From Octopus sinensis (taxonomy: Eukaryota), in NCBI RefSeq assembly GCF_006345805.1, contig NW_021823564.1:1-22178 (forward strand): DNA of 22,178 nucleotides, written 5' to 3'. How positions within the stretch are numbered: position 1 is the stretch's first letter; each line of letters starts with the position of its first letter. The position numbers were made by a program, and so were the translations under genes. Positions 19,587-22,178 of the stretch are shown here, piece by piece. The notes under the pieces are model-generated. The model was not told the DNA's origin. It made no database searches and worked only from the letters and a program-made list of their open reading frames with translations.

Positions 19587-20076
19587 TTAACCCTTTTGAT
19601 GCCAATTCCACTAAGACCGCCTTTGGTTCTAGATACAATCTTTTCGCTTTAAAATGATGAAAATTAAAACCTTTCATTAAAATTTCACATTAATTTATCT
19701 CCTAAACACCATCTTAATTTTGACAAAATTATTTTCATAAATTGTTCGATATTTTGTAAATTGAGAGAAACGAAGCATTACATATTTCGACAGAAATATG
19801 AAAAGAAAAGAAAAGTGATTTAAATCAAACCAACGATCGAAATTTCATGCCAACGTATGTTTCCAACACCAAATTAAGGACAACACTCTTATACTAGATG
19901 CTTCATTATTTTCAAAATTAATTAAAACGAATATAGTGTATTTCAACAGATATATGGTAACAAACGGGTTAAAGTGATCAAAATGAAGACCTTTCACAAT
20001 GACAAAGCACTTTTACTAGATTCTTCGTTATTTTCAAAATAAATCGAAAGAAAAGGGGTGACAAGTAAAGGGTTAA
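19587..20076. mobile_element. piggyBac-like MITE region: three partial tandem copies
   Basis: TTAA|CCCTTT at 19587; GGG|TTAA at 19966-19972; AAAGGG|TTAA at 20067-20076; internal segments recur between copies. Confidence 0.7.
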
Positions 20077-20264
20077 ACATCTTGTATTGTTTCAAAAAGG
20101 TTTTCTTCCATCTGACGATTAGAAAGGTGAAACCCGCAACAGCGGTTTGCGGTTTTTTTCTTTTTTTTTTCACTGTTTCAGTAACTTTATTGATTTCACT
20201 CTACATGTCGTATCGAAGGCTAGTTCTTGTATCTTGATTCTGTACTCAGGTGCTTGCACAAACA

Positions 20265-20281
20265 CACACACACAGACACAC

Positions 20282-20351
<70 letters not shown>

Positions 20352-20752
20352 GCCTACACGCACCTACCAGCCCAAGCACACATTCACCTAAATACGCGTG
20401 CGCGCATTAATTAATTATAAACGATTAATATTTTCTTCTGCATAATTTATTTACTTATCGATCAATATACGTATAGATAAGTATATACGCATTAATATTA
20501 ATATACCTATTTATATACTTACACACATACACATACGTATGTCTATGTATATATCCAGGTATATATGTAAATATATATATATATATATAGACATACATAT
20601 ATGTGTATACATACATATATATGCCTATACACACACAAACACACACATACTCACATATATATATTATGTATACACACATATGTATATAGTATACATAGAC
20701 ACACACACGCACACACATATATATATGCTCACACACACACTCACACACATAT

Positions 20753-20782
<30 letters not shown>
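20265..20782. repeat. (CA)n, compound TA/CA and (GA)n tracts
   Basis: Seen directly. Confidence 0.95.
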
Positions 20783-20786
<4 letters not shown>

Positions 20787-20899
20787 TCTTTTACGCGGCT
20801 GATTTTCTGCCTGGTTGCAATATTAGAATAAAATTATTATCTAACGTGTTTTATTGAATTATTCTACGACGTGACCCACGTACTCTAGAGTTCTGTTAA

Positions 20900-21369
20900 G
20901 ATTACTATTATCATCATTAATATTATTATTATTATTATCATTATTATCATTATTACTATTATCCTCATCATTATTATTATTACTATTGTTATTGTTACTA
21001 TTATTATTATCATTATTATTATTGTTGTTATTATTGTTATTACCATTATTATTATCATTACTATTATTGTCATCATCATCATTATTATTATTGTTATTAT
21101 TATCATTATTACTGTTATTGTTATTATCATTATCATTATTATTATCATCATTATTATTATTGTTGTTATTATTACTATCATTATTATTATCATTATTACC
21201 ATTATTACTATTATTGTCATTATTATTGTTATAGTTACTATTATCATCATTATTATTATCATTACTATAATTATCATTATCACTGTTATTATTATTATTG
21301 TTTCTGATGATTGGGCGGAGGTGGTCATAACAGGAAAGATTATCGCTGCTGATTGAGAAATGATTGCTA

Positions 21370-21402
<33 letters not shown>

Positions 21403-22010
21403 AGCTTATGGTGTTGTTGTTGTTGGTGGTGGTGGCGGCGGCATACTGTTGTTGTTGTTGTTATTGCTCTTATATGATGGTGGCGTTGACAGTTGCGATG
21501 CTCTGGCTGTGTCTGTCTGTGTGTCAGAGATAGATAAGTGATATTCGGAAAAACTATTGGCGAAGTAAAGAGATAGTAAGACCATATGACAGAGAGAGAA
21601 AGGGGGAGAATGAAGGGGAGAGAGAATGTGTGAGTGGTGAGTGAGGGAGGGAGGGAGGGAGGGAGTGTGAGAGTGTGCGTGTGTTTGAGAGAGGAAGAGA
21701 CAGGAAAGACACGAGAGAGAGAGCGTAACAAAGAGAACTGTATATGTGTGTGAAAGAGAGAGAAAGAGAGAGAGAGAGAGAGAGCGATAAAGAGACTTGT
21801 ATGTGTGTGTGTATAAGAGGAAGAAAGAAGAAATGAAAGAAAGAGAGACGGAAAGAAATAGAGCGTGTATGCATGTGATAGAGAGAGAGAAAGATAGAGA
21901 GACAGAGTAATAGAGAGAGTAAGGGCGATACATAAAAATTGCACGAGTATTAGGAGGGCTAAAAGAGAATGGAAGAAACTGAGAAAGAGAGAGAGGAAAA
22001 AGAGAGAGAG
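20900..22010. repeat. (ATT/ATC)n array (20900-21300), GGT/AGT/GTT array (21370-21480) and GA-rich tract (21590-22010)
   Basis: Seen directly; accounts for the 405-aa pseudo-ORF. Confidence 0.95.
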
Positions 22011-22178
22011 GGATATAATTAACCCGAATATGAAGTGACAGTAGAAATGGGCGGGCTTAATATAGAGGCATCTCAACTCTTGTTACGCTTATCATCTATT
22101 TTCCCTGACCCCATAGAGCCTCTATCCACCCTCTTCTTTACCACCACCCCCTTCAATTTCCCGCTATTATCTGTACGC

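Noticed and set aside
20859-22076. Longest ORF (405 aa, minus strand)
   Set aside because: Translation of CT-rich, (CAY)n and (AAY)n repeats that lack stops in this frame; no domain-like segment.

Overview
Eukaryotic, AT-rich, repeat-saturated non-coding DNA. It is very probably from an Octopus genome (inference: two tRNA-derived SINE families match my recollection of the octopus OR/OK SINEs). No complete gene is present, and almost all listed ORFs are translations of microsatellites. Supported content: about 11 full or partial copies of one SINE family and 6 of a second; relics of an RTE-type LINE and an R4/Dong-type retrotransposon; hAT-, pogo- and piggyBac-like MITE remnants; short (TA)n-associated, possibly Penelope-like inserts; and many simple repeats. 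Most worth follow-up: a perfect 43-bp-arm hairpin (11892-11994), a promoter/insulator-like motif cluster with a near-consensus CTCF site abutting TATAAAA (15490-16115), a Dong-like 3' end in an (AAT)n tract, SINEs split at their internal microsatellite, and a few unverified candidate exons. I found no evidence for a new multi-gene system. All alignments were made by eye and boundaries are approximate.
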